A stretch of 64,000 bases of DNA, taken from Octopus sinensis. Lineage: Eukaryota. The DNA is taken from the NCBI RefSeq assembly GCF_006345805.1, contig NC_042998.1, forward strand, positions 13,826,001 to 13,890,000. The letters are read 5' to 3'. The first letter of the stretch is position 1. The number at the start of each line of letters is the position of its first letter. The notes beneath the pieces are model-generated. The model had not been told where the DNA came from. It made no database searches and saw only the letters and a list, made by a program, of their open reading frames with translations. Position numbers and translations under genes: made by a program. Shown piece by piece: positions 25,771 to 40,580 of the stretch.

Positions 25771-27387
25771 GGTAGGTAGGTAAGTAGGACAGAAGGAAAC
25801 TAGTGACGTAGGTGTGCTAGTATATATGTATATATGTATGTATGCATGTTGGTATGTATGCATGCATGCATGTATGTATGTACGTAGGTAGGTAAATTGA
25901 TCGATAGATTGTTGGAGAAATAGATATCGATATAGATAGATTACTAGATTAGATATGTATGGAAAGTGGTAATCAGTGAAGAGAATATAACAGATGTAAT
26001 TGATCTGATATACTCTTCATCAACGTTTTCTGCAGAAATCCCTGTCACACAAAATAAATGGGATGAATATCAGAATTGAAAAGATGGTGAATATAAAACA
26101 TTGGAAAGTGGTCTGAAGAAAGTATAGTTTTCAGAAACCCAAGGCTAGAGGTCGCTAAAGAAAAAAATAATCTAAATATGGTAGGTTATATCTTGGGTAA
26201 AGAAAATAGGAACCAGTGTCAGCATAGCAGGCTCTTGAAAATCAATGAAGGATAACTTTAGCAACAACGGATCAATGAAAATGAATATCAATGGAAAATG
26301 ATATATGAAAGTTTGAAGCAGGTAATCACCTCTGGTGAAATAACTGGAGCAAAGCATTTCAACGTAACATGGGATTGTTCCGGTTACATGAATTTAACAA
26401 GAAATAGAAAGTAGGTCAGGACGAATTAATATAAGTATTCCAGAATGAAAAGCAGAAGATGGTGCTTGAAAGATACTAAATATATCACTCCGATGCAGAG
26501 TTAGAGCAGATTTTTACTGACTACTCTTAGTAAAAGGTCTATTCATATGCCATCCATGGAATACGAATATGCCATACTTAGAATACAACACAGTGACAAA
26601 AGCAAATGGTAAAGGAGAAAGACCCCTTCGGTCATAAATTACCAGCAACAACACACTCTTAGTTGTAAATATCGTGACCATGAAGCTCACACCCCTGACC
26701 AGACGTCTATAATAACCTCTGACGTTAATGATATGTCAGAGGTTCTTATACACTCTTGACCAGACGTGTATAATAACCTCTGACGTTAATAAGAGCAACG
26801 TTTCAATATGACGTAACGGTAAAAAAAAGAAATTACGTTTCTACTTAAAACTTTATTCAATCCACCAGCCTTCTTTCCGGCACATCTACAAAACTGAAGC
26901 CATTAAGTAAGATAGCAACGTATGGGGTTCTATGACCAATTGCACAAGTGGAGAATCGTGGAGAAATCTACACCATGCTTACATGGATCTAAAAAAATGC
27001 AACAGATGCGTAGCTGAAATAACGTATATTCGTATCTTATCCAAGACATACGTCACACTACTTACATCCAGTTCATTGTTTTCGGCTTTTACTCATCCAT
27101 GCTCTTCAAAAACCGCATTTTGCATCAACTCTCATCACGCTTTTCTACAGTGGGTTCTCATGTAGCTGAGGGCTGATTTACAAATTGAACACATCATGTT
27201 CTCAGTATCATACATTCAACGGAATCACAAGTCACGTTATAAAATCCTGCCTAATCACGTGTCTTAATGGAAAAAAACTATTAGTAACTCTTATTATTAT
27301 CATACAGTGTACTTTAAATGATATTAGATGGAATACATGTTGATATTACCTTAAGGGAACAGTAAAGCATATATATAACAAGAATGG

Positions 27388-27521
27388 TTATAATTATAAA
27401 GAATTATAACAATTACATCTAAGAGTGTTTCAAAACCCTCACATGTTTAGGGTGTTATTTCTAAACATGTAAAGAATTTGAAACCCTCTTAGTTATAATT
27501 GCGACTTGTTCATAATTATAA
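27388..27521. repeat. Imperfect AT-rich fold-back
   Basis: ctaagag..tttcaaa..acatgtttag mirrored by ctaaacatgt..tttgaaa..ctcttag; outer ttataattat/ataattataa. Confidence 0.7.
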
Positions 27522-27638
27522 ACAACATCCTCCTTGTACGTATTTTATGATAACATGTTTGGCCATTGATATATTCATAAATAATTTTAATTGATTATAA
27601 TATCTCCTTCGTACTGTATATTTACATTACCATTTAAT

Positions 27639-27670
<32 letters not shown>

Positions 27671-27676
27671 CATATA

Positions 27677-27759
<83 letters not shown>

Positions 27760-27877
27760 TATATGCATATATATATATATATATACATACATATATATAT
27801 ATATATGTACATGAAAATATATAATATATATATACATTGATATATGTGCATATGTATATGCATATATATATATATAT

Positions 27878-27922
<45 letters not shown>

Positions 27923-29791
27923 TTGTAAGACGAAGGAGAGATAGAAAAGAGGAGGTAGATGTACTAGTACATAAACTGAAGGATAATTTACAAAGTTAAT
28001 TCCAATAATTAATGTTTACTGTGAAGTGCAATTCTTCATTCCATCTAGCCGAATCAATATAGCAGGTTAATTTCAACGGATCTGTATCATGTACCCATTG
28101 TTTCCCCGCTCTCGTGTTGCTGTAATTTAATGCTCACCCCCCCTCCCCACACACTCACACTCACACACACAATCTAGTGAGAAATAAGAATTACACTGCG
28201 GTACATCTAATTACTTCTCAAGAGAAGGATATTAAAACGATCCGTATATATACATATATATATATATTATATATATATATATAATATATATATACATACA
28301 CATTTTCCAAAGTGTTGTATAACCCCTTCGTATATGTGTAACTTGATAAAGGAGGGATTAGTTGATAAAGGGAGAATTAGTTGAATTAACACAAGTTGGA
28401 ATTTTCACATACTTATCATTGGGCTTTTGGCCTCGGCACGTCCATTAAGAAGATGGCAGCATAAATAATAACACTCATGAGAATTCATAAAATATTTGTC
28501 TAGAATTGATCGTATTCATGGCAGGGATGTTTAGTTTCTCTAGATGATCAATTGTTTTCGCACTGTGATATGTAGGTGTATTGATCTGTGAAAAGTATTT
28601 CCCCTAGCAATAGATGAAAGCCGGTGAAAATTCTCCAATGTCGATTTAATGTGCTTTTATATTTACATCAGCTTCACAGTATTCCACCTGACATGCATGT
28701 AATAATGAAAGATGAAGCCCAAAGGAATAGATGGTTTATGTTACATCAAAGGATGTAATTCAGAATGGAGAACGCTGGGTTAATGCGACATGATACACAT
28801 TGGTTTTTATGTTTTCTTCAACGTTATATCTTGTTGTTATACCTATAGACTATACATATATAAATATATATATATAAAAGAAATAGAGAAAATTGATTGA
28901 TACAAGTTACTGTTTGCAATCTCTTTATTTTATGTATTTTGTAATGTAGTAATTTTAATTCCTTAACGGAATTTTATATATTTTTGATTTTGCATTCTGA
29001 TTTTTTATAATCATTGTTTGTTTTATTTTTATTCTGTTTTTCTTCAGAAGAAAACATCGTAATTTAATAAAATTGTATTCAATCGGGAATCGAAACAAGT
29101 TGTCGAATAAAAATGAAGGAGAACTATTTTATTTAAATTTTATTATTTTTCGGTGTATTTTAATTTATGTTGTTATATATATTGCAAACAATATAACGCA
29201 AATCTTATATATTGCATATTGTATAAAATATACTTTGAAAAACAGAAATATCAAGTTATGAGCTACCTTATGTTGCATCAAATATTTTATATTGAAATGT
29301 ACCCGAGGGTAAATTTGCCATTAAAACTCTCAGTCATCGATAATATATTAGCATTAGAATACACAGTTCAATTTCATCAGCAATAAATCCATCCATACCA
29401 AAATGACATGTATCATTCTCAGCAGAACATATATTATAATATTTTGATTACTATTTTTCTAACTTTATTTTTTATAGAAAGACAATATATGCAGTTTATA
29501 AGACATTTACAAAAATGTTCCACTGCATGTGCCATTGCTGTATGAAAAATTTATATTGAATAAGCGAATGATTTTCATAAGAATATGTGCATGGATTACA
29601 TGATATTCTCCACGTTTTTGAAGCAATAAATAAATATGAGATTGCATTTATAATTTGTCTGGCATTAGAAAAATTTTCCAATTATAAATATCATTAAGCA
29701 GACACGTAACCGTGTCAAAACAGTATGAATTTATTGGATTGGTGATAGCTTCCTTCTAAAAATTAGCACTCAGAATTACTCAGGTGAGAAT

Positions 29792-29829
<38 letters not shown>

Positions 29830-32692
29830 CTAGTTTCAGCTTATGAGCTGTGGCCATGCTGGGGCACCGCCATATGGTGTTGCCACTTGGTTTCACTTCA
29901 TGGAGGCTTTCTAGCAACTGCTATTTGGTGCATGAGAGAGTTCGATGCAGCTGCCCTCATCTGCCCCTCCTGCCGTGAAGTTGGTTCATCTGGGACACCT
30001 GACAGGAAGAGATCCAGCTTCATTTTAAAGACATCTGTATCCACCCCATGCAGGTCTCTCAGGTTCTTCGGGAGGATATTGAAGAGCTGTGGGCCTCGGA
30101 AGCCCAGGCTATCACAGAATCTTGTCCTACATCTTGATGGCAGGTTTGGAGTCCTAGGCACCACGCAGTGGCGCCCAGTTCTGGCATTTGCGTAACTCTC
30201 GATGCCAAAGTTCAGGACACTTCCCTCCAGGATCTTCCAGATGTATATTATGGCATATCTTTCCCGCCTACGCTCCAGGGAATATAATTTTAATCTCTTG
30301 AGTCTTTCCCAGTAGCTTACATTCTGCATAGAGGCTATCTTCTTTGTGTAGCTTAGTTGGATCGCCTCAAGTTCTGTGATCAACTTGACACTGGATGGTG
30401 ACCATAGCTGAGAGCAATAGTCAAAGTTGCTTAGGACAAGTGTCTTCCAGAGGACCATCATGGTTTCTTGTTCTCTTGTTCTAAAGGTTCTAAGAATCCA
30501 TCCAGCCTGCCGTCTACATTTCATTGTCAGTTTAGCAACATGTACATGAAAGGTCGCGTCATCACTCATGTGAATACCCAGGTCACGCACTGATTGTGCC
30601 TCTGGGATTGCAATCCCTCCGGGTCCAGTGTATTCATTGGGTATTGCATTCAGTTTTGCATGCTGATATTATAAAGCTTGAAACTTTCCAGCATTGAACT
30701 GCATGCTATTCTTTTCAGCCCACTTGTATATTTCGTCCAGCTCACATTGCAGGTGTTTAGTGTCCTCAGGGTTCTGTATTGCCTGTGAAACTTTTGTATC
30801 ATCTGCATAACTTGTGATCGTGGCTCTCTGCGTGGCTGAGGGCATGTCTGAGAGGGCCATTATGAACAGTAGTGGTCCCAGAACAGTGCCCTGCGGAACA
30901 CCGCTCACTATTTGTGTGTTAATGGAGGTGGCCCCATTGGCTACTACCACCTGACTTCTATCCTTCAGAAAGTCATGAAGCCATTCTCCCAGTTTTCCAA
31001 CTATGTTGAGATCACGCAGTTTGTGACATATCATTCCATGATCGACTTTATCAAAGGCCTTTGCAAAGTCGAGATATATCACTTCCACATTTGAGTGGTT
31101 GAGCAGCCGTTTCAGCACCCAGTCATAGTGTTGTAGGAGCTGAGTTAAACAGCTTCTCCCTGGTCGGAAACCATGTTGGGTGTCGGGCAGCAAGTCATTT
31201 TCTTCAAGGAAGGTGATCAGCTTCCTTCTGACTATTCGTTCCATGACCTTGCTGATGTGTGAGGTCAGAGAGATAGGTCTATAGTTCTTGGCTTCCGCTC
31301 TGCTACCTCCTTTATGAATGGGGCATATTTTACCTTCCTTCAGTTTTCCTGGAAGTTTGCCAGCTGCAAGGAGCTCTGAAAGAGGAACTGCAGTGGTCTT
31401 GCTAGGACTCTCTTACATGCTTTTAGGAGGATTGCCGGGAATCCATCGGGGCCAGTAGCTGAGTCTGTTTTCATTTCATCTATAGCCTTGGTTACATCTT
31501 CTTCCTTTATATCGATGTAATCTATCGTCGCCGCCTCTGATTTTATATCTGCAGTGGTAAAAAAGTCAGTTGGATTGGTGATTTGGAGATGCCCAAGGGG
31601 TGGAGTGAAAACACTCTTGAATTGCTCATTCAGTATTTCACTTACCCTCATTGGTTTTCCTGTAAGTGTCCCATCCTTTTCGAGGAGTGGCCCTATTCTA
31701 CAGTGCACTGTAGCTGTTTCTTTGGCATACCTGTAGAAAGCCCTGGGGTTAGATTTTATGTTTTCTATAGCCCAGGCTTCTTTGTCTGCTCTTTCTTTTT
31801 CATGGGAGAGTTTCAGACATTTTTCGATTTCCAACAGTTTTATTTTTAGGCGGGACTTTTCACTGCTTTCAATCTGTTTGTTTAGGCGTTTTGAAAATTT
31901 CGTACGCCGTCTCATTAAGATTTTCCTCTCTCTGGGGATTTTGTTCTTGTGTACAGTGGACTTTCTCTCTGGGACACATTTGTAGCATATGGCTTGCATT
32001 ACAGACATGAATTGTTGAAGTTTCACGTCGATGTCTGGCGAGGAGAGACATTTAGGCCAGTTTTGTTTGAGGATCTCTTTCTCAATTTGTTTCCAGTTTG
32101 CCTTATGGTAGTTCAAGCTGGAAAGATTTTGAGGGTTTCTTGTAGGCTGCATGTCCGTGCTCTCTTTTGGCCCGTACATGGTCAGCTCTATCATGTTGTG
32201 ATCCGAGAGTAGTGTCGGTGTCACTTTCACATTATGGATGAGATCCATGTCATTTGTGAAGCAGAGATCCAGTGTGTTTCCTGCCCTGGTTGGTTGGAGT
32301 ATTACCTGCTCCATGTACAGGGTGTTGATGAGGTTCAGGAGGGACCTCGCCTGTCCTCGTTCACATCTTGTCATTCCTGGGAGAGAAAGGCCCTCGGGCC
32401 ATCTGACATTGGGCAGATTGAAGTCTCCCATAAGAAGCACACCTATGTGTTGTTCTAATGTGGTTAGAATTTCTTCTATTTTTATAAGGCAGTCTTCAAA
32501 CTTGCCCACATGGCTTGGGGCATCTGGAGGGCGATATGTAGCACACACAACTACATCAAGTTGCCTAATATGTACAATTAGTGTGTCACACACCGAGTTT
32601 GAGTATGACAAGAGGACCTGGGGTGTGAGGTCCTCACGGATGTACATAGCAACACCTCCATGACTCCTTTCTTTCCTGTCGGTCCGTATATT
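29792..32692 (-). mobile_element. CR1-group LINE, 5'-truncated: APE endonuclease plus reverse transcriptase
   Basis: APE motifs LMGDFNLP, LDLCFTN, SDHNMI; RT motifs YLDFAKAFDKVDH, GVPQGTVLGPLLF, YADDTK; one frameshift near 31340 and one in-frame stop at 30669; (AATC)n tail. Confidence 0.95.
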
Positions 32693-33285
32693 CTGTATTT
32701 AATATAAAATCAGTCGACAACTTGGTGTAGCAACATTTAACTTCAGAGAAAACCTAATATAATATCACTGCATGACGTAAGACACGCTAAAACCAAGTTA
32801 TTGATTATGTAATCTAGGACAATAATATTTCTTCCATTTTTTAGCCGCTAAAAGATGTTATAGCTATAATTTCTATCTTATGTCTGTCACAACATAATTC
32901 AACAGTTTGTGTTGACACTTTCTTGGAAACCTAAGAAACTCTGAATCTTGTAATATTTTCAGCTGGCTCAAAAGCACATTGAGAACATCTAAGTTTCAAA
33001 CTGTCCATCTACGGGTACATTCAAATGGAGAGCCACACTGTTTATTGAGATTCTGTTTGCCAAATACTAGGCACGGGCAATTAATTGGATTTTCGTATTT
33101 GGGACTAGAAATTCGAAGCACAAAATTATAATCTATAGCAATGAAAAAGGATTCGTTTTTTCATCTCAAAAGTATTAAAGCCAACGACGTTTTCAGTGAG
33201 AATTATAATCGGAGCACAGGTGTCCGAAACGATTATTGCAAACTGTCAATCGTGTAATCTAACCAATCGGCAAATTGGACTTTAT

Positions 33286-33318
<33 letters not shown>

Positions 33319-33345
33319 TATATATATTATATATATATATATATC

Positions 33346-33392
<47 letters not shown>

Positions 33393-33562
33393 TAATAATT
33401 GTGTATGCGTATTATATATGTAATATATAATTCTATTTATCTATCAATCTATCAATCTCTTTATCTATCTATATATCTATATATATAATTATATATATAT
33501 ATATATATACTATGGATATATAGCTAGCTAGCTATTTTTTCTATCACTCTCTCTCTCTCTCG

Positions 33563-33610
<48 letters not shown>

Positions 33611-34648
33611 TGTGTACACTTTCACACATGAAGTCTCTGTAGTATGCAGGAGTAAATCATATCCCACAAGCATATATGAAATGCGATTTGACATCCAATA
33701 TGCTGTCTCTCGTTTAACGCTACCCATTAAACCAAATAAAATATATTTTATCAACCAACAATCTATTGATTCCTCTAGCATTGACTTCGATTAATCTTTT
33801 TAGATAAGAACATTTTGATCATTAAAATTGAAATATCGACACATGTACATGGAACACACTTGGTAGTCAACAGTGTAGCTAGAAAGAACATTGAGCTTTT
33901 ATTCTTCACGTATGTCACCTCGTTTATTTACAAAGATTTCCAAAATTCACAAAATACGGTAATATGGCCATAGATTGTGCGTTATTTGTCATAGAAATTC
34001 TTGACGAAGGATTACTTAGTGTCGAAACGCCTACTCACACAAAAATATCGCAATATTTGCACAATCAACATAAATATAAACCCCACCAGAAACACAAAGT
34101 TTTAACACAAATGACTTGAGAATATTTCATGCATTTACAATTAGATTTCTCATATATATATTTATTTATATATATATATATATAAATATATATATACATA
34201 TATAAATATATTTAAACATTCTATAAACTGTTCAATAGATGACAAATCATTCTCAGACACAACGAAATATTTACAAATGTTTAAATATTGATGAATATTC
34301 ACAGACTCAAAAGTCTGTACGTGGATATAGATTTTACACAGATTGCTTCACTTGTATTTCTCAGTGTTCCAAATCAAACAGCAAGAAACAATTTAGTATT
34401 CTTCAATACGAAAGCGATTCATTCGATATAATACTTTTATGCATCACATCTTCTGAATTTTTATTTTTTTTAAAGAATTAGGAGTACACTATCACGCATA
34501 TGAACACAAATATATCTATAAATATAGATACAAAATCATTTTAATGGCAATGCTTCTCCCTAGGTATGAGTAGAGATACTCATGTATATGTGGCTATATA
34601 TATATAAATATATATATATAGGAAAAAAGCAACAAGAATGGATTAAAA

Positions 34649-34736
34649 TCTCGGTACGATCGTTTCGTACGAGGACATCTTTAATAAGCTACAAAAAATG
34701 CAGTGAATACAGATGGCTCGTACTCGTCAGCCGAAA
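34649..34736 (-). ncRNA. Mirror hammerhead copy on the minus strand
   Basis: Exact reverse complement of 34944-35031; predicted cleavage between 34655 and 34654. Confidence 0.9.
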
Positions 34737-34943
34737 AAACATCAGAGAATTCCCAAACATCAAAAGGGGTAGATACAAAAGAGGTTGTAAGATTAACTGC
34801 ATTGAAGAAAGTTCGATTCATGGAGATCCGATGAAATGTTTTAAACTTATAGATTCTCCATGAATCGAACTTTCTTCAATGCAGTTAATCTTACAACCTC
34901 TTTGTATCTACCCCTTTTGATGTTTGGGAATTCTCTGATGTTT

Positions 34944-35027
34944 TTTCGGCTGACGAGTACGAGCCATCTGTATTCACTGCATTTTTTGTAGCTTATTAAA
35001 GATGTCCTCGTACGAAACGATCGTACC

Positions 35028-35031
<4 letters not shown>
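34944..35031 (+). ncRNA. Type I hammerhead ribozyme, intact core, extended stem II
   Basis: TTTCGG-CTGACGA-GTACGAG-(43 nt)-CTCGTAC-GAAAC-GATC-GTA-CCGAGA; palindromic stem III ACGATCGT; predicted cleavage after 35025. Confidence 0.9.
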
Positions 35032-35091
<60 letters not shown>

Positions 35092-35138
35092 TGAATAGAT
35101 AGAAAGAGAGATAATTGTCTGTCGATATCAATTATATA

Positions 35139-35464
<326 letters not shown>

Positions 35465-35483
35465 ATATATATATATATATAAA

Positions 35484-37400
35484 TTTAGATATGTTTCAAC
35501 TAAAGATTTACCCGGGCCATGTCGAACTTAATAGCACTACCTGATAGGATTATCTAAATCCTTAAGTCACCGTTAGTGGTACCATGTTCAATTCGAGTAG
35601 GGTATTCTTGTTGGGTGAGTTGTATTCAAGCATAGATGGCTTGCCAGGTATTTCTACAAGAAATGTTTCTGGATTAAGTTTAAAGGTAATGGGATCCATT
35701 TCTTCTTTGATCTGTTTCGGGGCAGTGTTAAATAAGGCAGGAAAAGAAATTGTGCTGCTGTGTAATCATGTGCTGCGATCCTGAATTGTGTAAGGGTCAT
35801 ATGGCCCGTGTTCCTAACTTTGGATGGCTTTTGAAGCTAATGTTGAGGTCGTTTGGGCAATGCTGGTCGTATATTCTATACATTGTGCAAATGATGTATC
35901 GCTCACGGCGGTGTTGGGGAGAGTAGAGTTTAATGCTTTAAGGCGGTCCCAATAATCTAACAAAAGTCATGAACTTAATTCTTTTAGTGAATGACCTCTG
36001 GAGTGATTCAATTTTCGAGATTGTTGCTTTGTATGGGGAGATCACAGGGGGCAGTAGTATTCGAGGTGTGGCCGTATAAAGAAGGAGAAAAGTGGGATGA
36101 TGACATCATGTTCTCTGAACAGGAGGGGGTCTTAGCATCCAGGAGTTCATCGTAGGAGCTATAACGACCTTATTAATGATGTGAGTATTCCCAGTGAGAT
36201 TATCAACCATTACTCCTAGGTCTCTGATATTATTAGTTTTTCCAAAATGCATCAGTTCAAAATTTCCATCATTTAGTTGCATTTTATTTTTGTCTGGCCA
36301 TTAACTCACAGCATGTAGTTGAGACTAGAGTCGAGTTCAGTCTTCTTCATTGATAATTTTCTGGAGCTTAGAGTCATCAGCAAATATTTTCACTTTGCTG
36401 TGTTATATGATGCTAGAAAGGTCGATTATATAGATTATAAAGAGGAGCAGGCCCAAGTCAGTACCCTGAGGGACACCACTGGTGACTTTTTCTGGGCTTC
36501 AGTGGATTCCATCAATCACATGGTGTGTTCTGTTCACCAGGTAATACTCAATCCAGTTTAGAAGTTTTCTAAAGATTCCAATATTCGTCAATTTCAATAG
36601 TAGGATATTATAGTCAGCTCTGTCGAACGCTTTACTGAAATCAAGATATATGGCATCAGAGTCCGAAAAAGCTCCCAAGGCTTTAAGTATATCATCGATG
36701 TGGTGTAAGAGATGTGTGAGACAGTCTCTGCCGCAGCGGAACCATGCTGGCTTGAATTTAGGAGTGTGGGGCTCTCCAGGAACTTAGCCATCCTTGATAT
36801 TACTGTCCTTTCAAACGCTTTAATGATATGGGGGGGTTAGTGAAACTGGGCGATAGTTGACTGCGAGGGATCTGCTTCCCTGTTTGAAAACCTTGATGAC
36901 AGACTGGGATATGAGCTGTTTCGGTATATTAATGGTGTCAACATTTGTTCAGGAGACTAGGGACAAATCTATCAGGGCCTACAGCAGAAAATTGCTTGAC
37001 CTCTTTAATTGCTGCTATCATGTATGAAGCAGTGAAAACTATGTCTGTGATTTTGTTGGGAATAGACTTCGTTCACATCCCTTACGTCAATATCAGTGGG
37101 ATCACTAAAGACAGAGCACTATTGTTTCTGTCGTATTTCTGCAATTTTTTTGCTGTGTTGGAGAATGCCGTTATCATTGATCAATGGACCAATTGGTGAG
37201 ATAGTGGCCCTATGCTTATTTGCATATGAATAGAAAACATTTGGGTTCTGATTGTTTTTATGTATTAACCCCTGTTCCGCGGCAATTCTTTGATTTTCAA
37301 TGTAGATTTTCATGGAGGTCTGCAGAAGCTGTTTCCAACTCCAGCATTTTTATTGTAGTTGAATGTAGATGTTATTTGCTGGAGTATTTTAATTGGTTGA
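35484..37400 (-). pseudogene. Old degenerate CR1-group LINE, RT region to 3' end
   Basis: NPNVFYSYANKH..IGPL, IYLDFSKAFDRADYNILL, SGVPQGTDLG, IFADDSKL, RDLGVMVDN; many stops and frameshifts. Confidence 0.88.
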
Positions 37401-37430
37401 TTTTGTATATACATAGACGCACAAACGCAG

Positions 37431-37526
<96 letters not shown>

Positions 37527-38074
37527 TATACATATTTGCATTTATGCGTATTTATATATGTATATTGATGAATAGGTTTCGTCACTTTATGATATCTTGA
37601 GGGTTAGTTATTTTTTTTCTTTCGATATTTGAGCAACTTAAGTATTTCATGAATTTCAGATACTCTTATTAACATTGTGTGTATGTGTATGTGCGTATTT
37701 GAATGTGTGCGTGCATGTGTGCGTGTTTGTGCATGAATTGTGCGTATATGTGAGTGTATGTGTGTGTTTGTGTACGCTTATGTTTGCATTAAAGTATCTC
37801 TGAATAAATGTATGAATATGGCGAATTTTGTATATTTAATTAATGGACCAAATAGGTTGCTTTCAATATAAATGAAAAGTAGATAATTTAAAATAAAAAA
37901 AGAAATCATGATCAATAAAAGCAGAACACGATCGCTTTTGAAAATATTTATTACCATAATACATATATGCCAATATACACTCATAAATATATATGTATGT
38001 ATATAAGCATATATATATATATATATAAATGTTTATATACATACATATATATATATGTATGTATATATATATAC

Positions 38075-38105
<31 letters not shown>

Positions 38106-38600
38106 CACACATACACACGCACACACACACATACATACACACACATATATATATATAAGTATAGTTTATGTTTGTGTGCAGTATCATATTCTATTGAGGT
38201 GGAATATGTTAGATCACATTGAGTATACTAGTTTCTCTTTCAAGTGGTACAACTTCATTGGTTTCACCCGTTCCTATGGCATCGGTTTTGCAGATGAAAT
38301 CGCTTACGAAACTTATTAAGTTTTTCTCACATATCTTCTTATCTATATTTGGCGGATATTAAAAACTAAGTATATAGATAAATATGCTAATAATAGTAAT
38401 AACTTGAATACATCATATGTTGTTCATACCTGTATGTAAGTTTGAGCGAATTATTTTCGGTGTACTACTGCGTCTTTCCACATGCGAGTCTCCGTATATG
38501 TATGTGATTATATTTTGGCTTGAAGTACGAAAATTTAAAGAGAAATCAGAAACAATGCAGCAGTAATATGTTTATTTAAGACTAAATATTTATATATAGA

Positions 38601-38786
38601 ATGGCGGCGAAATGCTTGGCAGTATGTTGTCTGTCTTTATGTTCTGAGTTCAAATTCCGCCGAGGTCGACGTTACTTTTCATCGTTTTCGGTTCGATAAA
38701 TTAAGTACCAGTTTCGTACTGGGGTTGATCAAATCGGCTGGCACCCTCCTCCAAAATTTCAGGCCTTGTGCCTAGAGTAGAAAAGA
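38601..38786 (+). mobile_element. SINE of the 11221 family with an alternative 3' tail
   Basis: Same body, then ccctcctccaaaatttcaggccttgtgcctagagtagaaaaga. Confidence 0.75.
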
Positions 38787-39283
38787 AAAAGAATATTTCT
38801 TTGTAGAAAGGCGGCGAAATCCTTTAGAGGTAGATAAATGAAGTACATTTTGCGTAGTGGGGTCGACTGTTCCCCCTCCTCAAAACATTTCCGGTCTTGA
38901 GCCTAGAATTGAAAAGAATATTTCTTTACAGAATATTGTTTTTAATGATGAAAATTGGATTATTTTTCAAATAATCTTTGCATTTAAATGTATGCACTGT
39001 ATTTGGGTTTTATATACATACATATGTGTAATTATGCGCATAAAGATTTCACTCATTCATGGAGTTGCATACACATATTCTTACACACACACACACACAC
39101 ACACACATAAACAAACACACATAATTACACACACACAAACACACATAATTACACACACACATAATAAGAAAAAGGAGGCAGTCAGTATTTCAGATAATTC
39201 ATTATTAGCACTTTCTTGTTCTTAATACCTTTTTCTTAATATGCAATATCTGTTCGTCACTTCAGACTCGCTATGCACACACA

Positions 39284-39327
<44 letters not shown>

Positions 39328-39992
39328 TATACATATATATATACAAAGAGGTATACGTAGATATATATATATATATATACTATACTTGGGCCACTTTTTT
39401 TCATTATGAATATTAACATTACTGACGCCATCAAACACAAAAACGTTGCCCGACTTCTTGCATTGTATGAAGAAACGGATCTATTTCCATAGTCCAAAAG
39501 GAGATATCAAGGGCTTCATTTCGCTCAACCTTCAGAACTATTGTCAAAGAGGAGCGGTTTGAACGGGAGATTATATAGTGCATTTAGTGGTATTTCGTGC
39601 ATGAGTTGTATTTTGAGATTGTTCCGGGTGTTCCTACTTTGAACTCTAACACCTTTGTTGAAAACCTGTAGCGAGCGGACAATGCTTTGCAAGGTTGCTA
39701 CGAGGAATTTGTCAATCACAGAAGCACAATTCTACAGCAATCTCTGCTAATGTAACCTAGCGTAAATCTAGGCAACTTGAACGCTACAGATGCTATATCA
39801 CACTGTCTAAAGTCCAGACTCTGTACCTACAAATCATGACAGTTTCTGAGCCATGGCTCATTTATTGCACGGAATGGCGCAATGAAACTTAGCTCCTAGC
39901 ACAACGATGGCAACAGCCAGTAAAATATGACGGGGTATATTTTGATGAATAAAGACTTTGAAACAACCTTCTCTCCCTCTCTCTCTATCTGC

Positions 39993-40025
<33 letters not shown>

Positions 40026-40164
40026 CGTGTGTGTGTATGCATGTATATTTATATAATATAAGGAGAAAGAATGGGTTATAGAATTGTTCTGCATAAATAG
40101 TTTTGAAATTTATGTATATCCGATTATAATTAATGAATCTGCAACACTTCGATGGATACAGTTT

Positions 40165-40167
40165 ATA

Positions 40168-40232
<65 letters not shown>

Positions 40233-40254
40233 TAATAATGATAATAGCAATAGC

Positions 40255-40289
<35 letters not shown>

Positions 40290-40407
40290 TGATAATAGCA
40301 ATAGCAATAATAATAATAATAATAATATTAATAATAATAATAATAATAATAATAAAAATAATAATAATGATAATAATAATAATAATAATAATGATTATAG
40401 CAATACC

Positions 40408-40448
<41 letters not shown>

Positions 40449-40492
40449 TTATAGCAATAGCAATGATAATAATAATAATAATAATAATAATA

Positions 40493-40533
<41 letters not shown>

Positions 40534-40580
40534 TGATAATAGCAATAGCAATAGCAATAATAATAATAATAATAATATAA
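40165..40580. repeat. (AAT)n array with recurrent gat(a/t)atagcaatagc modules
   Basis: Module seen five times between about 40235 and 40560. Confidence 0.9.

Larger units (their letters stand above)
34648..35032. mobile_element. Near-perfect 385 bp palindrome with a hammerhead in each arm (Penelope/retrozyme-like)
   Basis: Arms 34648-34826 and 34855-35032 are reverse complements with one indel seen; (TA)n nearby on both sides. Confidence 0.92.

Noticed and set aside
38288-38325. CAGATGA..GAAACTTATTAAGTT hammerhead-like string
   Set aside because: No stem I or stem II pairing
39500-39950. Higher-complexity island with a 64 aa minus-strand ORF
   Set aside because: No family recognised; cannot separate exon from decayed transposon without a search
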